Assembly (NCBI GenBank): GCA_043810925.1
Contig: JBDRNT010000091.1
Span: 18,800-82,799, forward strand
Length of the DNA: 64,000 nucleotides
Direction of reading: 5' to 3'
DNA from: Candidatus Eiseniibacteriota bacterium
GTDB taxonomy: Bacteria; Arandabacterota; Arandabacteria; Arandabacterales; Arandabacteraceae
Below the pieces are notes generated by a model that did not search any database, was not told where the DNA came from, and saw only the letters and a program-made list of their open reading frames with translations. Shown here piece by piece: positions 48,674 through 59,149 of the stretch; positions within the stretch are counted from its first letter, which is position 1; every line of letters begins with the position of its first letter. The position numbers were made by a program, and so were the translations under genes.

Positions 48674-50263
48674 TTAATTCGCTATGACTATCTTCGCCGT
48701 TTCCTTCTCCACGCTGTTCTTGAGCCTTGCGAAGTAGACGCCCGCAGGCACCCTGTGACCGGCATCATCCACCATGTCCCAGGTCTGCTCGTAAGTCCCG
48801 GGGGCCCTCACTTCATCCACAAGTCGTGTGACCAGTCTGCCTCGTACGTCGAAGATCTCTAACGCGACGTGGTCCTCGCTATTTGTAGAGAAACTCATCA
48901 TGATCACGGTGTCGCCGGATTTCTTCCCGTGCGTGATAAGGTCAAAACCGGGTCCGGGCACGTCGTCGCCACTGAGACCACTCACGACACGGACACAGTC
49001 AGAACCCTCTATCTTGGGGCCGACAGCAAATAAAGGCCCAGGGGTGTATGTACCTGTGAGCATGAGCTCAACAGTCTGTCCCGGAACGGCATCAAGCTCA
49101 AGCGCCGTCACAACCTCAGAAATCCTGAACTTAAGGTTGAGATCCACCAGGCCGTCGCCACCAGTCGCGTGGCAATCACACGGCGTGCCCGTGAACGGGG
49201 TTGCTACATCAGTTTGGGCCCACCTGACAGGCGACACGCTTCCAGCAACTCCCTGGCGGGTAAGCTGGACATTGGCGGCATCTACCTGCGAGACATCGAA
49301 CGATGCCGTACCCAGGATCGCGACCGGTATCATGAACGGGCTCTCGACTCTCAGGTCATTCGGGCACGTGCCGGGTCTGATATCTACAGAGACCGGCGTG
49401 ATGGCCTCACCTGTACACGAGACGTCGTCGTCTGCACAAGGTGTATCAGTATCGATCGTGCAGTTGTGATATCCGCCTATGGTGGGATCGTACTCGACCG
49501 TCACCACGAGCGGCGTACCGTTGGCGACCGAATAAGCACCACCACCCAGCGGATTGGTTATCGCGAAATGGTCACACATCTCGCTCAGCGTGCCCTCAAG
49601 AAGGCCGCCGCCGGTGTTTCTGATTTCAAACGTTTTCTGGACCGGTGGATCGCCAAACGTTATGGTCCCGAAGTCGAGTGTGGTCGGGTCTATCTCGCAA
49701 ACCGGTGGCTGCTCACATGGGTCGTCCCCGAGGATGCCATTGGTTCCCGCGCAGGCATTGTCCGCCGGGAAATCGTCGCCTAGGTGGCAATCACCGACCT
49801 TAGGACCACCGGCCTCGGGATGGGGAACGATGCAGATAGTGCCGTAGGAGTATATCCAGCCAAACCCGCAAATCGCCACGGGCGCATACTGGCATACGTA
49901 CCAGGCATGCGAAACACCGGTACCGCTGGCCACTATGCCGCCGATCGTGAGATCGCTGCAGCTTGTAAACGTGCAGGAGTAACCGCTCGTAAAGGTCATC
50001 CCGTAGTCAAAGCCCTGGTACTCGACCATGTCGTAGAATACCGGGAAGGCATCCACGCTGATACCGGGATCGGTCGTGGTGATGTCCCCACAGGTAGCGA
50101 TAGTGGGGAAGTTCTTGGTGCAGCTTCCCGACACGTGCGGACGAACATGAACCGCTATTTTCGCGTTGGTGTTAAGTCCAGCCAATGCCTCCCCGCCAAT
50201 GCAGGTAACCCCGATCACTGCGATGACCAGGAAAGCGATAAGTCTGGTGGGTCGCCTCTCCAT
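48674..50263 (-). CDS. Cys-rich secreted protein with T9SS-type C-terminal sorting domain
   Basis: 529 aa; signal peptide (LIAFLVIAVIGVTCIGGEALA); many Cys; C-terminal ~80 aa (VALEIFDVRGRLVTRLVDE...GVYFARLKN...KIVIAN) match the Por secretion tail pattern. Confidence 0.7.
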   Translation of the reverse strand: MERRPTRLIAFLVIAVIGVTCIGGEALAGLNTNAKIAVHVRPHVSGSCTKNFPTIATCGDITTTDPGISVDAFPVFYDMVEYQGFDYGMTFTSGYSCTFTSCSDLTIGGIVASGTGVSHAWYVCQYAPVAICGFGWIYSYGTICIVPHPEAGGPKVGDCHLGDDFPADNACAGTNGILGDDPCEQPPVCEIDPTTLDFGTITFGDPPVQKTFEIRNTGGGLLEGTLSEMCDHFAITNPLGGGAYSVANGTPLVVTVEYDPTIGGYHNCTIDTDTPCADDDVSCTGEAITPVSVDIRPGTCPNDLRVESPFMIPVAILGTASFDVSQVDAANVQLTRQGVAGSVSPVRWAQTDVATPFTGTPCDCHATGGDGLVDLNLKFRISEVVTALELDAVPGQTVELMLTGTYTPGPLFAVGPKIEGSDCVRVVSGLSGDDVPGPGFDLITHGKKSGDTVIMMSFSTNSEDHVALEIFDVRGRLVTRLVDEVRAPGTYEQTWDMVDDAGHRVPAGVYFARLKNSVEKETAKIVIAN

Positions 50264-50538
50264 TGCTCACGCTCCTTTCTTGAATCCTGATTGATAGAAA
50301 GTTTAAGTCATAGTCGCAATAACGGATTAATCCTCCAACCACCTCCTCAGGACCGCTTTGACAAATACTATCTGTTCCTCTATCAAACCTCCGTGTCGCT
50401 TTTGTATCCTTGCAGCTATGAAGATGTAGTCACACCTTTGCTTGAGTATGGTACCACACTCCCCGGCATTTGTCAATTCGTATCGGGTTTAAGTCCGGTG
50501 CGGCCCAAAGGCTTGACAACAGGGGCTCAGGGCTTACA

Positions 50539-51993
50539 ATGCTTGGTACAATGAGCATCCGGCACAAACGTCTCTTCCACACTCCCTCCACCATTTCAGG
50601 CTTGCTCCTTATCATGCTGGCACTTGCTCAATGCCCATCCACGGCTGAAACGCTCGCAACGAAGAAGGGGATCGCCCCTATTACAAGGACCTGGGATACC
50701 GAAACCACAGTGGACATGCCGTATCCACGGTCGGATTTCGGTGCCGACTTCAGGCTGAGACTCGTTCATCTGGGGTATGCCGAGGATCTCGGTCTGGGAT
50801 TCGCTGACGATTCAGACCGCCAGTTTCTGAGGATCAGATCGAGGGGCTGGGCAAGCTACAATTACTCGCCGGTCTTCAGTGCATATGTACGGCTCAATAA
50901 TGAGTCGACCACATATATTGGTTGTGATCATTACAAGAGCAGCGTTGGTGAAGTGATATTCGAAAATCTCTTTATCGAGGTCAAGCATCCGTTCGGACTT
51001 CCGGTGGGGGCCCGGCTGGGTAGGCAGGATCTCTTCTACGGCGACGGTTTTGTCATAAGCGACGGAACCCCGCTTGACGGAGCACGAACCACCTATGTCA
51101 ACGGCGTGCTTCTGACCTGGGTCGTGCCGTCATGGTCCTTCGATGCGTTCGTGGTCTGGAACCGTGAGAAGGAAGAGTACCTGCCCCGGATCAACAACAA
51201 GTACACACGGCTAATTGAATTTAATGAGATGGCTACGGGCCTGGTTTTCAGACGGCTGCTCGATAGTGCTTCAGCAAAGGATTATATGCTCGAACACTAT
51301 TACATCTTCAAAGAGGAAAAGGGCCGGTACAAGCTATCGACGATACACACGCTGGGTACGCGTCTGGGATTCCCGCTCTCACGGCTCCGGTTCACCGCGG
51401 AGCTTGCCTACCAGGCCGGGCACTCACCCCAGTACAAGTTCGCGCAGGTGGAGCCCGGGTTCATCGGACGCCAGACGATTCTTGCCTACGGGGTCGAGGG
51501 ACGGATAAGCACACACGTCGATTGGCCCCTGCCGGCCGATCTCTTCGCGGGCTACCTTCATCTCTCGGGCGATGATCCAATCACTCAGGTCGAGTACGAG
51601 GGTTGGAATCCCATTCTTGCAAGGTGGCCGAACTGGAGTGAGCTCTACCCTTACACACTGGGGATCGAGGCCGATCTTCACCCTCAGGGTCAGGGTTTCG
51701 CATTCTGGCAGAACATCAGGTCGACCTTCGGCGGACTTGTGATCACCCCCGATCCCCGGATGAGTCTTGAAGCACGGTTCATGAAGCTCGGCGCCAGCCA
51801 GCACATCGCGACCATCAGGGTGGATGAAGGCCCCAAGGACCGGGGCTTCCTTCTCTTCCTCAAGGTTGCGTGGAAGCCCACACCACGGCTCTTCGGACAC
51901 CTGCTCTATGAGAGTTTCTTCCCGGGAAATATCTACGTCGATGAGGCAAGAAACGCCAGTTTCGTAAGACTCCAGCTAGGCACTTCGCTGTAG
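50539..51993 (+). CDS. Putative outer-membrane beta-barrel, alginate-export (AlgE)-like family
   Basis: ORF 50470..51993; signal peptide after M at 50539; motif GARLGRQDLFYGDGFVISDG...W resembles Alginate_exp family. Confidence 0.4.
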   Translation: MLGTMSIRHKRLFHTPSTISGLLLIMLALAQCPSTAETLATKKGIAPITRTWDTETTVDMPYPRSDFGADFRLRLVHLGYAEDLGLGFADDSDRQFLRIRSRGWASYNYSPVFSAYVRLNNESTTYIGCDHYKSSVGEVIFENLFIEVKHPFGLPVGARLGRQDLFYGDGFVISDGTPLDGARTTYVNGVLLTWVVPSWSFDAFVVWNREKEEYLPRINNKYTRLIEFNEMATGLVFRRLLDSASAKDYMLEHYYIFKEEKGRYKLSTIHTLGTRLGFPLSRLRFTAELAYQAGHSPQYKFAQVEPGFIGRQTILAYGVEGRISTHVDWPLPADLFAGYLHLSGDDPITQVEYEGWNPILARWPNWSELYPYTLGIEADLHPQGQGFAFWQNIRSTFGGLVITPDPRMSLEARFMKLGASQHIATIRVDEGPKDRGFLLFLKVAWKPTPRLFGHLLYESFFPGNIYVDEARNASFVRLQLGTSL

Positions 51994-52183
51994 ATCGATA
52001 GTCACTCGGGTCGGGTTGCATAGAGATTCCACCCGCTACGGTTATCCATCCAAGAACTCGCTGGCGCAGCCTCCTAGGCCGCAAGCGAATGTCTTTCTTG
52101 AGCAAAGCGGACCGAGAGGCGTGCCAGAATTCGCCCACCCAGAACGATCAGGTTCGCTCGAAGGCACTTCGCAAACCGCCGGG

Positions 52184-53650
52184 CTATGCCTCTGCCGTCT
52201 TCATATGCTTGACGATGCGGACCGTAGCGAGAACAAGCATCGCAACGAAGGGCAGGAGAATCAAGACACACCGAGACCCCGATGTATGACACGCCTGGAC
52301 TATCCAGAGGTCGTAGTCCGACGGGCTCGTCGCAAGCACAGCCTTGAGGTGAGTCGTAACCGGGGAGAATTTGTGGATATCGACCTCGGCCCAGTCGAGC
52401 CGTCCGATCTTTATCCAGTAGCTATAAGCTGCAGTGTAGTTTATGAGGATTGCACCCAGCTGAACGACAAAGCCAACTGCTCCGAGCAGGATTCCGAGAG
52501 GAATTCCCCACCTCGGACGTTCGCTCATCACAACGATGCCCGGCAGGATCAGTAGCGGTATGATAGGAAGCAGGAACCTCGGTCCCCAGCACCACCCACC
52601 ATGCCAAGCCCACCACTTTGAATATACGACAAAGACATAGATTGCTATCGATGCAATGAGCACGAGCTCGGCGCGGTACTTTCTTCCAAAGCTGGCGAAG
52701 CCGGCGACGAACAGAAGCACAGGCGGTGCGTAAAGCAGGATGCCTCTGTATGAGCTTGCCAGATTCCAGAATAGGCCCCGCCCCAGCGGTGCGGAGAAGC
52801 CCTTATCAAAAGCAGTGTGATAGCCCGTGAGTGTGAGCCCTCCGAATCTCGTGAGGTTGAGTATCGCCACGATCATGATTCCCGGCAGACAATAGAGGCC
52901 GTACGTGAGCGCCCTCCGCGAGCCCGCTCTGAGATTGCCCGATCTAAAGATGAGATAGACGGCAAAAATCACCACGATCGGAGCGAAACTCATGCGCGCA
53001 AGGATACCGAGTGATGAAGCCAAACCTGCAAACACGAGATTCCGGTGCTCACCCACAGCACCAGGCTCCCTGAGAAGATAAAACGTCGCGACAAGACAGC
53101 ACGCAAACACCGGCTCGGCGAAGAGGTCTCTTGAATAAACCCACAGCGGCGTCGCAAAACCCAGCAGGAGAGTCCCCCCGAACGCCAGTCCCGAGGAGAT
53201 GCCAAAAGACCTGAGTAGCATCCAGAAAAGCACACACAGACCGGCCGCGACGACGGCATTCGTGAGTGCAGTGAAGAAGACCCGGGCACCGTCCTCGTCG
53301 CTCGTCTTGATCAGGGTCTGCGGTTTAGCCGATATCAGATCGTCGCCGTGAGGAAACTCAAAGTTGCCGCTGTACACACGAAAGAGCGGATTCCCAGGAG
53401 CGATTCGTTCCACCAGGCTTCCCATGCCGTAGAAGGGGAGACTGACCAGGCTTTGACCGACACCGAGCTTGCTGTAGTGCCGTCCCCCCAGCCCCTCAAC
53501 CGTCATCATAAACTTGGGAATTTCGATGGCGGCACGGCTTGCCATTGACTTCGTTACTGAGTAATTCAAATAGCCGTCAATGGTATAGATGTGCCCCGCT
53601 GTTGTAACAGCGAACAAAGCCAGGAAAAAGAAAAAGACGCCGGTTCGCAT
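52184..53650 (-). CDS. Polytopic membrane glycosyltransferase, ArnT/PMT (GT39/GT83)-like
   Basis: 488 aa; ~11 TM helices; conserved Asp-containing first loop; resembles 4-amino-arabinose/mannosyl transferase family. Confidence 0.55.
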   Translation of the reverse strand: MRTGVFFFFLALFAVTTAGHIYTIDGYLNYSVTKSMASRAAIEIPKFMMTVEGLGGRHYSKLGVGQSLVSLPFYGMGSLVERIAPGNPLFRVYSGNFEFPHGDDLISAKPQTLIKTSDEDGARVFFTALTNAVVAAGLCVLFWMLLRSFGISSGLAFGGTLLLGFATPLWVYSRDLFAEPVFACCLVATFYLLREPGAVGEHRNLVFAGLASSLGILARMSFAPIVVIFAVYLIFRSGNLRAGSRRALTYGLYCLPGIMIVAILNLTRFGGLTLTGYHTAFDKGFSAPLGRGLFWNLASSYRGILLYAPPVLLFVAGFASFGRKYRAELVLIASIAIYVFVVYSKWWAWHGGWCWGPRFLLPIIPLLILPGIVVMSERPRWGIPLGILLGAVGFVVQLGAILINYTAAYSYWIKIGRLDWAEVDIHKFSPVTTHLKAVLATSPSDYDLWIVQACHTSGSRCVLILLPFVAMLVLATVRIVKHMKTAEA

Positions 53651-53654
53651 CCGC

Positions 53655-54092
53655 TTAGTCTTTTACCGTGACCTCTTCCTTACTCTCTTCCGGGCGCTTG
53701 GTGATTTTCTGCTTCGCCGTGAAGGTCTCGCCCTCCTTACGCATCGTTGAGCGCCCCTCGAAGAACACACCGTCTTCGATGACAAGGCTCATGCTTTCGA
53801 CATCACCTATGAGCCGTGAGCCGGATTCCAGCTCGACCTTCTTCTTGGCAAATATGTTCCCCTCAAGGGTTCCACTCACAACGGCGTGGACGGCGTGGAT
53901 CTCACCAGTGACAGTTCCCCCCTTGCCGACGATCACGGTGTCCGTTGAGTTTATCTTGCCTTCGAACTCGCCGTCGATCCGGATGCTTCCCTTGGCATCG
54001 AGATCTCCCGTGAACTTGACCTCGCTGCTCAGGATCGAACTGACAGTTCCCTGCTGGTCTGTCCCATCTTTTCCAAACATTTCCTCCTCCAA
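53655..54092 (-). CDS. Bactofilin
   Basis: 145 aa; beta-helical repeats (GxIEGEFEGKI...GTVTGEI...GTLEGNI). Confidence 0.8.
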   Translation of the reverse strand: MEEEMFGKDGTDQQGTVSSILSSEVKFTGDLDAKGSIRIDGEFEGKINSTDTVIVGKGGTVTGEIHAVHAVVSGTLEGNIFAKKKVELESGSRLIGDVESMSLVIEDGVFFEGRSTMRKEGETFTAKQKITKRPEESKEEVTVKD

Positions 54093-54107
54093 TCCATCTG
54101 GGCATCT

Positions 54108-54971
54108 TCAGTTATTGGTAAACCTTACATAGAGCTCTGGATCGATCGGGTCCCCTTTCTTCAAGACTTCGAAGTGAAGATGAGGAGCTGTGCTCCTCCC
54201 GGTGTTTCCGATCGTTGCTATAACCTGTCCCTTGGTCACATGGTCGCCCTCCTTTACCAGGATCTTGTCGTTGTGGCCGTACACCGTTGACAGGGACTCA
54301 CTGTGTTCGACCACGATCAGGTTTCCGTAAACGTCATCCCAGCCCGCCGATTTCACTGCACCGTCAAGTGCGCATCTTACGGGCGTCCCGACGGATGCCG
54401 CGATGTCGACACCCGGATGCGTCGGGTCGCTTATGCCGTCGCCGAGGAAGGTCCGGGAGACCCATCCCAGGGCCGGCACCATCATCCCCTGGGGATACGG
54501 CGTGCGCTGCGAATAGAACGGTTTCATGATGGCATACGTGTATCTTCGCGGCCAGCCATTTGGAATCACGCTGTGCACACTCGCTGCCCCGCCGGCAGGA
54601 CGCCTGCCGGGCACTATTCCCACCCAGGCTTCGATCTGTCTTCTTATCTCGTCCACACGAACAATCTCCTGCTCGAGCGCCGTGATTTTCGTATTCTCCT
54701 CACGCAGTGCATCATTCTCGGCCTCGAGCTTCGAGGTTTCAAGTGCGAGGAATGCAATCTTCGTATACGTAACACCTACGAATGCGATTCCGGCCACGAA
54801 GACTATGAGAAGGATAACAAGTGCGGTTGCAACCCTGCCGGGCAGGTTGAAGGTGACGGTCATGCCGCTGCCATGCGGAGCTATTATAAGCGAAAACCCC
54901 TGGCCGACATGGTGCATAACCAGTCTGATCTTCGCGAAGAGTTGCTTGTAACCCGCAGGTAAACCCTTCAT
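54108..54971 (-). CDS. Membrane-anchored M23/LytM peptidase
   Basis: 287 aa; TM + coiled coil; M23 motifs HPGVDIAASVGTPV and GNTGRSTAPHLHFEV. Confidence 0.8.
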   Translation of the reverse strand: MKGLPAGYKQLFAKIRLVMHHVGQGFSLIIAPHGSGMTVTFNLPGRVATALVILLIVFVAGIAFVGVTYTKIAFLALETSKLEAENDALREENTKITALEQEIVRVDEIRRQIEAWVGIVPGRRPAGGAASVHSVIPNGWPRRYTYAIMKPFYSQRTPYPQGMMVPALGWVSRTFLGDGISDPTHPGVDIAASVGTPVRCALDGAVKSAGWDDVYGNLIVVEHSESLSTVYGHNDKILVKEGDHVTKGQVIATIGNTGRSTAPHLHFEVLKKGDPIDPELYVRFTNN

Positions 54972-54975
54972 AGTC

Positions 54976-55827
54976 TCAGCCTATCGCCTCGAGTATCCGT
55001 GACAGGTCATCGTTCGAGTAGAATTCTATCTCTATCTTGCCGTGCCCTCCATGAGATAGAACTCTCACCCTCGTGCCGAGTTTCCTCATCAGTGTCTCTT
55101 CGATCCGCGCTACCTCGGGATCCGTCCGCGGCGCTGCCTTGCTCCGGCTCGTCCTCGTCCTGAGCCGTCTGCGCACCACAGCTTCGACCTGTCTGACCGA
55201 GAGCCCCCTGTGCAATATCATCCTGTAGACACTCTCGATGTGTCGGGGCTGCGTGAGCCCGAGCAGAGCTCTCGCATGACCCATCGTGATCTTGCCGTCC
55301 TCAAGCCCGCTTCTGACAGAATCCGGTAGCTTAAGCAGTCGCAATGAGTTCGCTATTGTACTCCTGTCCTTTGCGATCTTCTTGGCGAGATCCTCCTGGG
55401 TCAGGTCGAAACGGTTGATGAGCTCCTTATAACCCCTCGCCTCATCGATGGGGTTAAGATCCTCGCGCTGAAGGTTTTCAACAAGAGCGATTTCGAGAGC
55501 CTCGGAGTCGGACACCTGTTTGACGATTGCAGGTATGGTCGTGAGTTCCGCCAGCTTCGCGGCACGCAATCGGCGCTCTCCCGCAACGAGTTGGTACGCG
55601 CCGGCCTTGCGTCGCACTATGACCGGCTGGAGTACGCCCTTTTCACCTATCGACTCTTTGAGATCTTCAAGCGAGGCATCACTCATCCTTGTGCGTGGTT
55701 GATAGGGGTTCGCTGTTATCTCATCAATTGCTATCTCTGCGACACCCTCCCCATCCTTAACGGCACCCGCCGTCCCAAGATCGGGGATCAGTGCATTAAG
55801 CCCCTTACCAAGGGCTTTTCTACTCAC
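54976..55827 (-). CDS. parB: Chromosome partitioning protein ParB/Spo0J
   Basis: 283 aa; ParB box (GERRLRAAKLA), HTH. Confidence 0.9.
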   Translation of the reverse strand: MSRKALGKGLNALIPDLGTAGAVKDGEGVAEIAIDEITANPYQPRTRMSDASLEDLKESIGEKGVLQPVIVRRKAGAYQLVAGERRLRAAKLAELTTIPAIVKQVSDSEALEIALVENLQREDLNPIDEARGYKELINRFDLTQEDLAKKIAKDRSTIANSLRLLKLPDSVRSGLEDGKITMGHARALLGLTQPRHIESVYRMILHRGLSVRQVEAVVRRRLRTRTSRSKAAPRTDPEVARIEETLMRKLGTRVRVLSHGGHGKIEIEFYSNDDLSRILEAIG

Positions 55828-56584
55828 TTGTCATCACCTCCTTTGCAAGCTCCATATAACTTTTCGCCCCCGAGCACAGCACATCATAGAGCACGATGGG
55901 CTTACCGAAACTCGGAGCTTCACTTAACCGGACGTTCCTGGGCACCATCGTTGTGTAGACCTTGTCGGCGAAGAATTTCCTTGTCTCCTCGGCAACCTGC
56001 TGAGAGAGATTAAGCCTCCCGTCATACATGGTCAGCAACACGCCCTCGATCGCGAGTTTGGGATTGAGGTTCTTCCGGACCAGGTCAATCGCATTGAGCA
56101 GCTGACTCAGCCCCTCGAGGGCATAATACTCGCACTGCACAGGGATCAACACACCGTCTGCAGCAGTCAGCGCATTGACCGTCAGTAACCCGAGCGACGG
56201 GGGACAATCGATAATGATGTAATCATACTTATCCTTGACACCCTCAAGTGCCGTGCGGAGTTTCATCTCCCGTGCTATCATGCTGACGAGCTCGATCTCG
56301 GCACCCACAAGCCGCTGGTGTGACGGCACGACATCAAGTCCAGGGACCTGGGTCTTCACGACGCACTCCTCAATCCCGGCCTCTTCTATCAGGACCTCGT
56401 AAATGCTGTAATCTCCATCTTTTGAAGCACTTACACCTAACCCACTCCCCGCGTTCGCCTGTGGATCGATATCAATGAGAAGCGTTTTTCTGTCTGCAAC
56501 ACCTAGGAAGGCTGCCAGATTGACGGCCGTTGTGGTCTTTCCTACACCACCCTTTTGATTTGCTACGGCTATGACCCGTCCCAC
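55820..56584 (-). CDS. parA: Chromosome partitioning ATPase ParA/Soj
   Basis: 254 aa; deviant Walker A KGGVGKTT. Confidence 0.9.
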   Translation of the reverse strand: MGRVIAVANQKGGVGKTTTAVNLAAFLGVADRKTLLIDIDPQANAGSGLGVSASKDGDYSIYEVLIEEAGIEECVVKTQVPGLDVVPSHQRLVGAEIELVSMIAREMKLRTALEGVKDKYDYIIIDCPPSLGLLTVNALTAADGVLIPVQCEYYALEGLSQLLNAIDLVRKNLNPKLAIEGVLLTMYDGRLNLSQQVAEETRKFFADKVYTTMVPRNVRLSEAPSFGKPIVLYDVLCSGAKSYMELAKEVMTSE

Positions 56585-56595
56585 ATCCCTACCTC

Positions 56596-57318
56596 CTACT
56601 CATAGTCCTTTCCGGCTATTGCAAACAGTCTCAATGGGTTACATTTATCAGCCCAGGGGCTGCCGATGACCACCAGCCTGTCACCGCCACCTTTGAGCAG
56701 CCATTTTTCGGCCTGCCGCACCTCCTCCATGCACCGGCTCCCCTTGTATGCGATCATTCGTCCACCAGGCCTCAGCAGCGGCATGCACCACCTCAACAAG
56801 GTTTGAAGTGTCGTAACCGCCCTTGCCACAATCAGATCGAACATTTCATGATGCTGTGTACGGAACTCCTTATCATCAACCCGGCCCTGCTTGAACCGGG
56901 CACCCACATCCAGATTGCGGCAAGCTTCCTCCATGAAGTCCCGGCGGCGTACCTTGGAATCGCAGGTTGTCACCTTCAGATACGGCGAGAGAGCGGCCAA
57001 CACCAATCCTGGCAGTCCGTTACTGCCGCCGATGTCCAGGACTTCCAGATCGCGATCAGGCCGCAGTAGGGGAAGCACGGAGGCTGAGTCACAGAAGTGG
57101 TAGGAAACCAGGTTCGTGATGTCCTTCCGTGACACCAGATTGACCCTGCCGTTCCATAGTGTGATGAGATCGCTGAGCACCGTCAGTAGATCTCCGGCGC
57201 CCGTCCTCACCTCAACACCACTACTAGCAACCTTATTAACCAGATCCACGATTCCTTCCCAGGGAACTGTCCCATTCTCACCGGGTTCCATCACGAACCG
57301 TCCTCGTCTCTTTCTCAA
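56596..57318 (-). CDS. rsmG: 16S rRNA m7G527 methyltransferase RsmG (GidB)
   Basis: 240 aa; SAM-binding [11 protein letters not shown]; conserved position after mnmG. Confidence 0.85.
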   Translation of the reverse strand: MRKRRGRFVMEPGENGTVPWEGIVDLVNKVASSGVEVRTGAGDLLTVLSDLITLWNGRVNLVSRKDITNLVSYHFCDSASVLPLLRPDRDLEVLDIGGSNGLPGLVLAALSPYLKVTTCDSKVRRRDFMEEACRNLDVGARFKQGRVDDKEFRTQHHEMFDLIVARAVTTLQTLLRWCMPLLRPGGRMIAYKGSRCMEEVRQAEKWLLKGGGDRLVVIGSPWADKCNPLRLFAIAGKDYE

Positions 57319-59122
57319 GATGAATAAGCACTGTCGACACGTCCGCCGGTGTTATCCCCGGCACCCGGGCAGCCTGGCCTATGGACTTCGGTCTCACGCG
57401 GGTAAGCTTCTCAGTCGCCTCACGTGAGAGCCCGTGGATCTTGCTGTAATCCACCCAGGCCGGTATGGTCCGTCGCTCTTTCCGGGTGAGGGTTTTGGCT
57501 CGCTTGTGTTCCCGACTGATATAGCCTTCGTACTTCACCTCGGTCTCCACCTGATCAAGTACCTTGCTATCATAGCGTGAAAGCCAGGTAGCGGTTTTCT
57601 TCAGATCTCTCCAGCCCAATTCCGGCCGCCGGAGCATCTGCTTAAGCGTCAGGCTGTCCTCACCCTCCTTAACCCGTTCTGCTTCGAGAGCCCTGATCAC
57701 TTCCTCGCGTGCCTGCCTGCGAGCCTGCATCCGGTCCAGTGCCGCGCGCTCAATCAGGCCGAATTCATAGCCGTACGGCATAAGTCTTTCGTCCGCATTG
57801 TCCTGTCTTAATATCAGACGATACTCGGCTCTTGATGTGAACATGCGGTAAGGCTCGTCCGTACCGCACGTTACCAGATCGTCTATCATGACTCCAATAT
57901 AGGCCTCATTGCGCTTCAGCACGAATTCGCCCTGTCCCGCGTTCTTCCTTGCCGCATTGATGCCTGCCACGATACCCTGCGCCGCAGCTTCTTCGTACCC
58001 TGATGACCCGTTGATCTGACCTGCCAGGTAGAGACCCTCAATGCGCTTGGTCTCAAGTGTCGCATGGAGCTCCGTAGGCTTGACGAAGTCATACTCAACG
58101 GCATAGCCCGGGCGTGTGATCTCTGCGCTCTCAAGACCCCGTATCGATCTAACCATTTCGATTTGAACATCTTCCGGGAGGCTTGTGGCAAGCCCGCTTA
58201 AGTAATACTCCGAGGTGTACGTCCCTTCGGGTTCAAGAAAGACCTGGTGGCTCTCCCGGTCAGGAAATCTCACAATCTTGTCTTCTATTGACGGGCAGTA
58301 GCGTGGGCCAACACCCCCTATTTTGCCCGTATAGAGGGGGGACCTGTCGAGACTTGAAAGTATGATCTGCCGGGTCTCCGCGGTCGTGCGGGTCAGGTAG
58401 CAAACAGCCGAAGAATCCAACCTGCCGGGGGTCCGGTGTGAAAACGGCTCTATCCCGGTCTCACCCGGCTCAGGGGCAAGTCCATCGAAGACGATGGACC
58501 GTCCATTGACCCTGGGAGATGTCCCCGTCTTAAGACGTCCCATTTCAAGACCGGTTTGCAGCAAGGCCTCAGCAAGACCGTAGCTGGCACACTCACCATT
58601 CCTTCCACCCGGGTGACTCTTAAGCCCGATGTGGATTGTTCCCTTCAGAAACGTCCCTGTGGTTATCACGACGGCTCCGGCCCTGAGCCGGTGCCCTGTT
58701 TCGGTCTCAACACCCAGGATCCGGCTGCCATCGATGAGCAGGCTTTCAACCAGCCCCTGGCGCAGATCGAGATCCCGCTGGCCCTCGACGACCCGCCGCA
58801 TGTGCATTTTGTAGACCTGCCTGTCATTCTGGGACCTCAGTGACCAGACGGCAGGCCCCCTGCTTCTATTGAGCATGCGCATCTGGAGCGCCGTCTCGTC
58901 CGCCACTTTGCCGATCTCTCCACCAAGAGCATCTATCTCTTTGACAAGATGAGATTTCGCCAGCCCGCCTATCGCGGGGTTGCACGACATCTGCGCAAGG
59001 TTGTCGATGTTGAGCGTAAGCAGCAGGGTGCTGCACCCCATCCTTGCTGCAGCCAGGGCGGCTTCACAGCCGGCGTGGCCTGCACCAACGACGATTACAT
59101 CGTAGTATTTGTGATGTTCCAT
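57278..59122 (-). CDS. mnmG: tRNA uridine-5-carboxymethylaminomethyl synthesis enzyme MnmG (GidA)
   Basis: 614 aa; FAD motif [14 protein letters not shown]. Confidence 0.95.
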   Translation of the reverse strand: MEHHKYYDVIVVGAGHAGCEAALAAARMGCSTLLLTLNIDNLAQMSCNPAIGGLAKSHLVKEIDALGGEIGKVADETALQMRMLNRSRGPAVWSLRSQNDRQVYKMHMRRVVEGQRDLDLRQGLVESLLIDGSRILGVETETGHRLRAGAVVITTGTFLKGTIHIGLKSHPGGRNGECASYGLAEALLQTGLEMGRLKTGTSPRVNGRSIVFDGLAPEPGETGIEPFSHRTPGRLDSSAVCYLTRTTAETRQIILSSLDRSPLYTGKIGGVGPRYCPSIEDKIVRFPDRESHQVFLEPEGTYTSEYYLSGLATSLPEDVQIEMVRSIRGLESAEITRPGYAVEYDFVKPTELHATLETKRIEGLYLAGQINGSSGYEEAAAQGIVAGINAARKNAGQGEFVLKRNEAYIGVMIDDLVTCGTDEPYRMFTSRAEYRLILRQDNADERLMPYGYEFGLIERAALDRMQARRQAREEVIRALEAERVKEGEDSLTLKQMLRRPELGWRDLKKTATWLSRYDSKVLDQVETEVKYEGYISREHKRAKTLTRKERRTIPAWVDYSKIHGLSREATEKLTRVRPKSIGQAARVPGITPADVSTVLIHLEKETRTVRDGTR

Positions 59123-59130
59123 GGGCTCAA

Positions 59131-59146
59131 TGTTTCACGTGAAACA
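59131..59146. promoter_or_regulatory. parS centromere-like site (perfect 16-bp palindrome TGTTTCACGTGAAACA)
   Basis: Exact match to the canonical parS consensus, in the 27-bp mnmG-mnmE intergenic spacer, ~3.3 kb from parB. Confidence 0.85.
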
Positions 59147-59149
59147 TGT

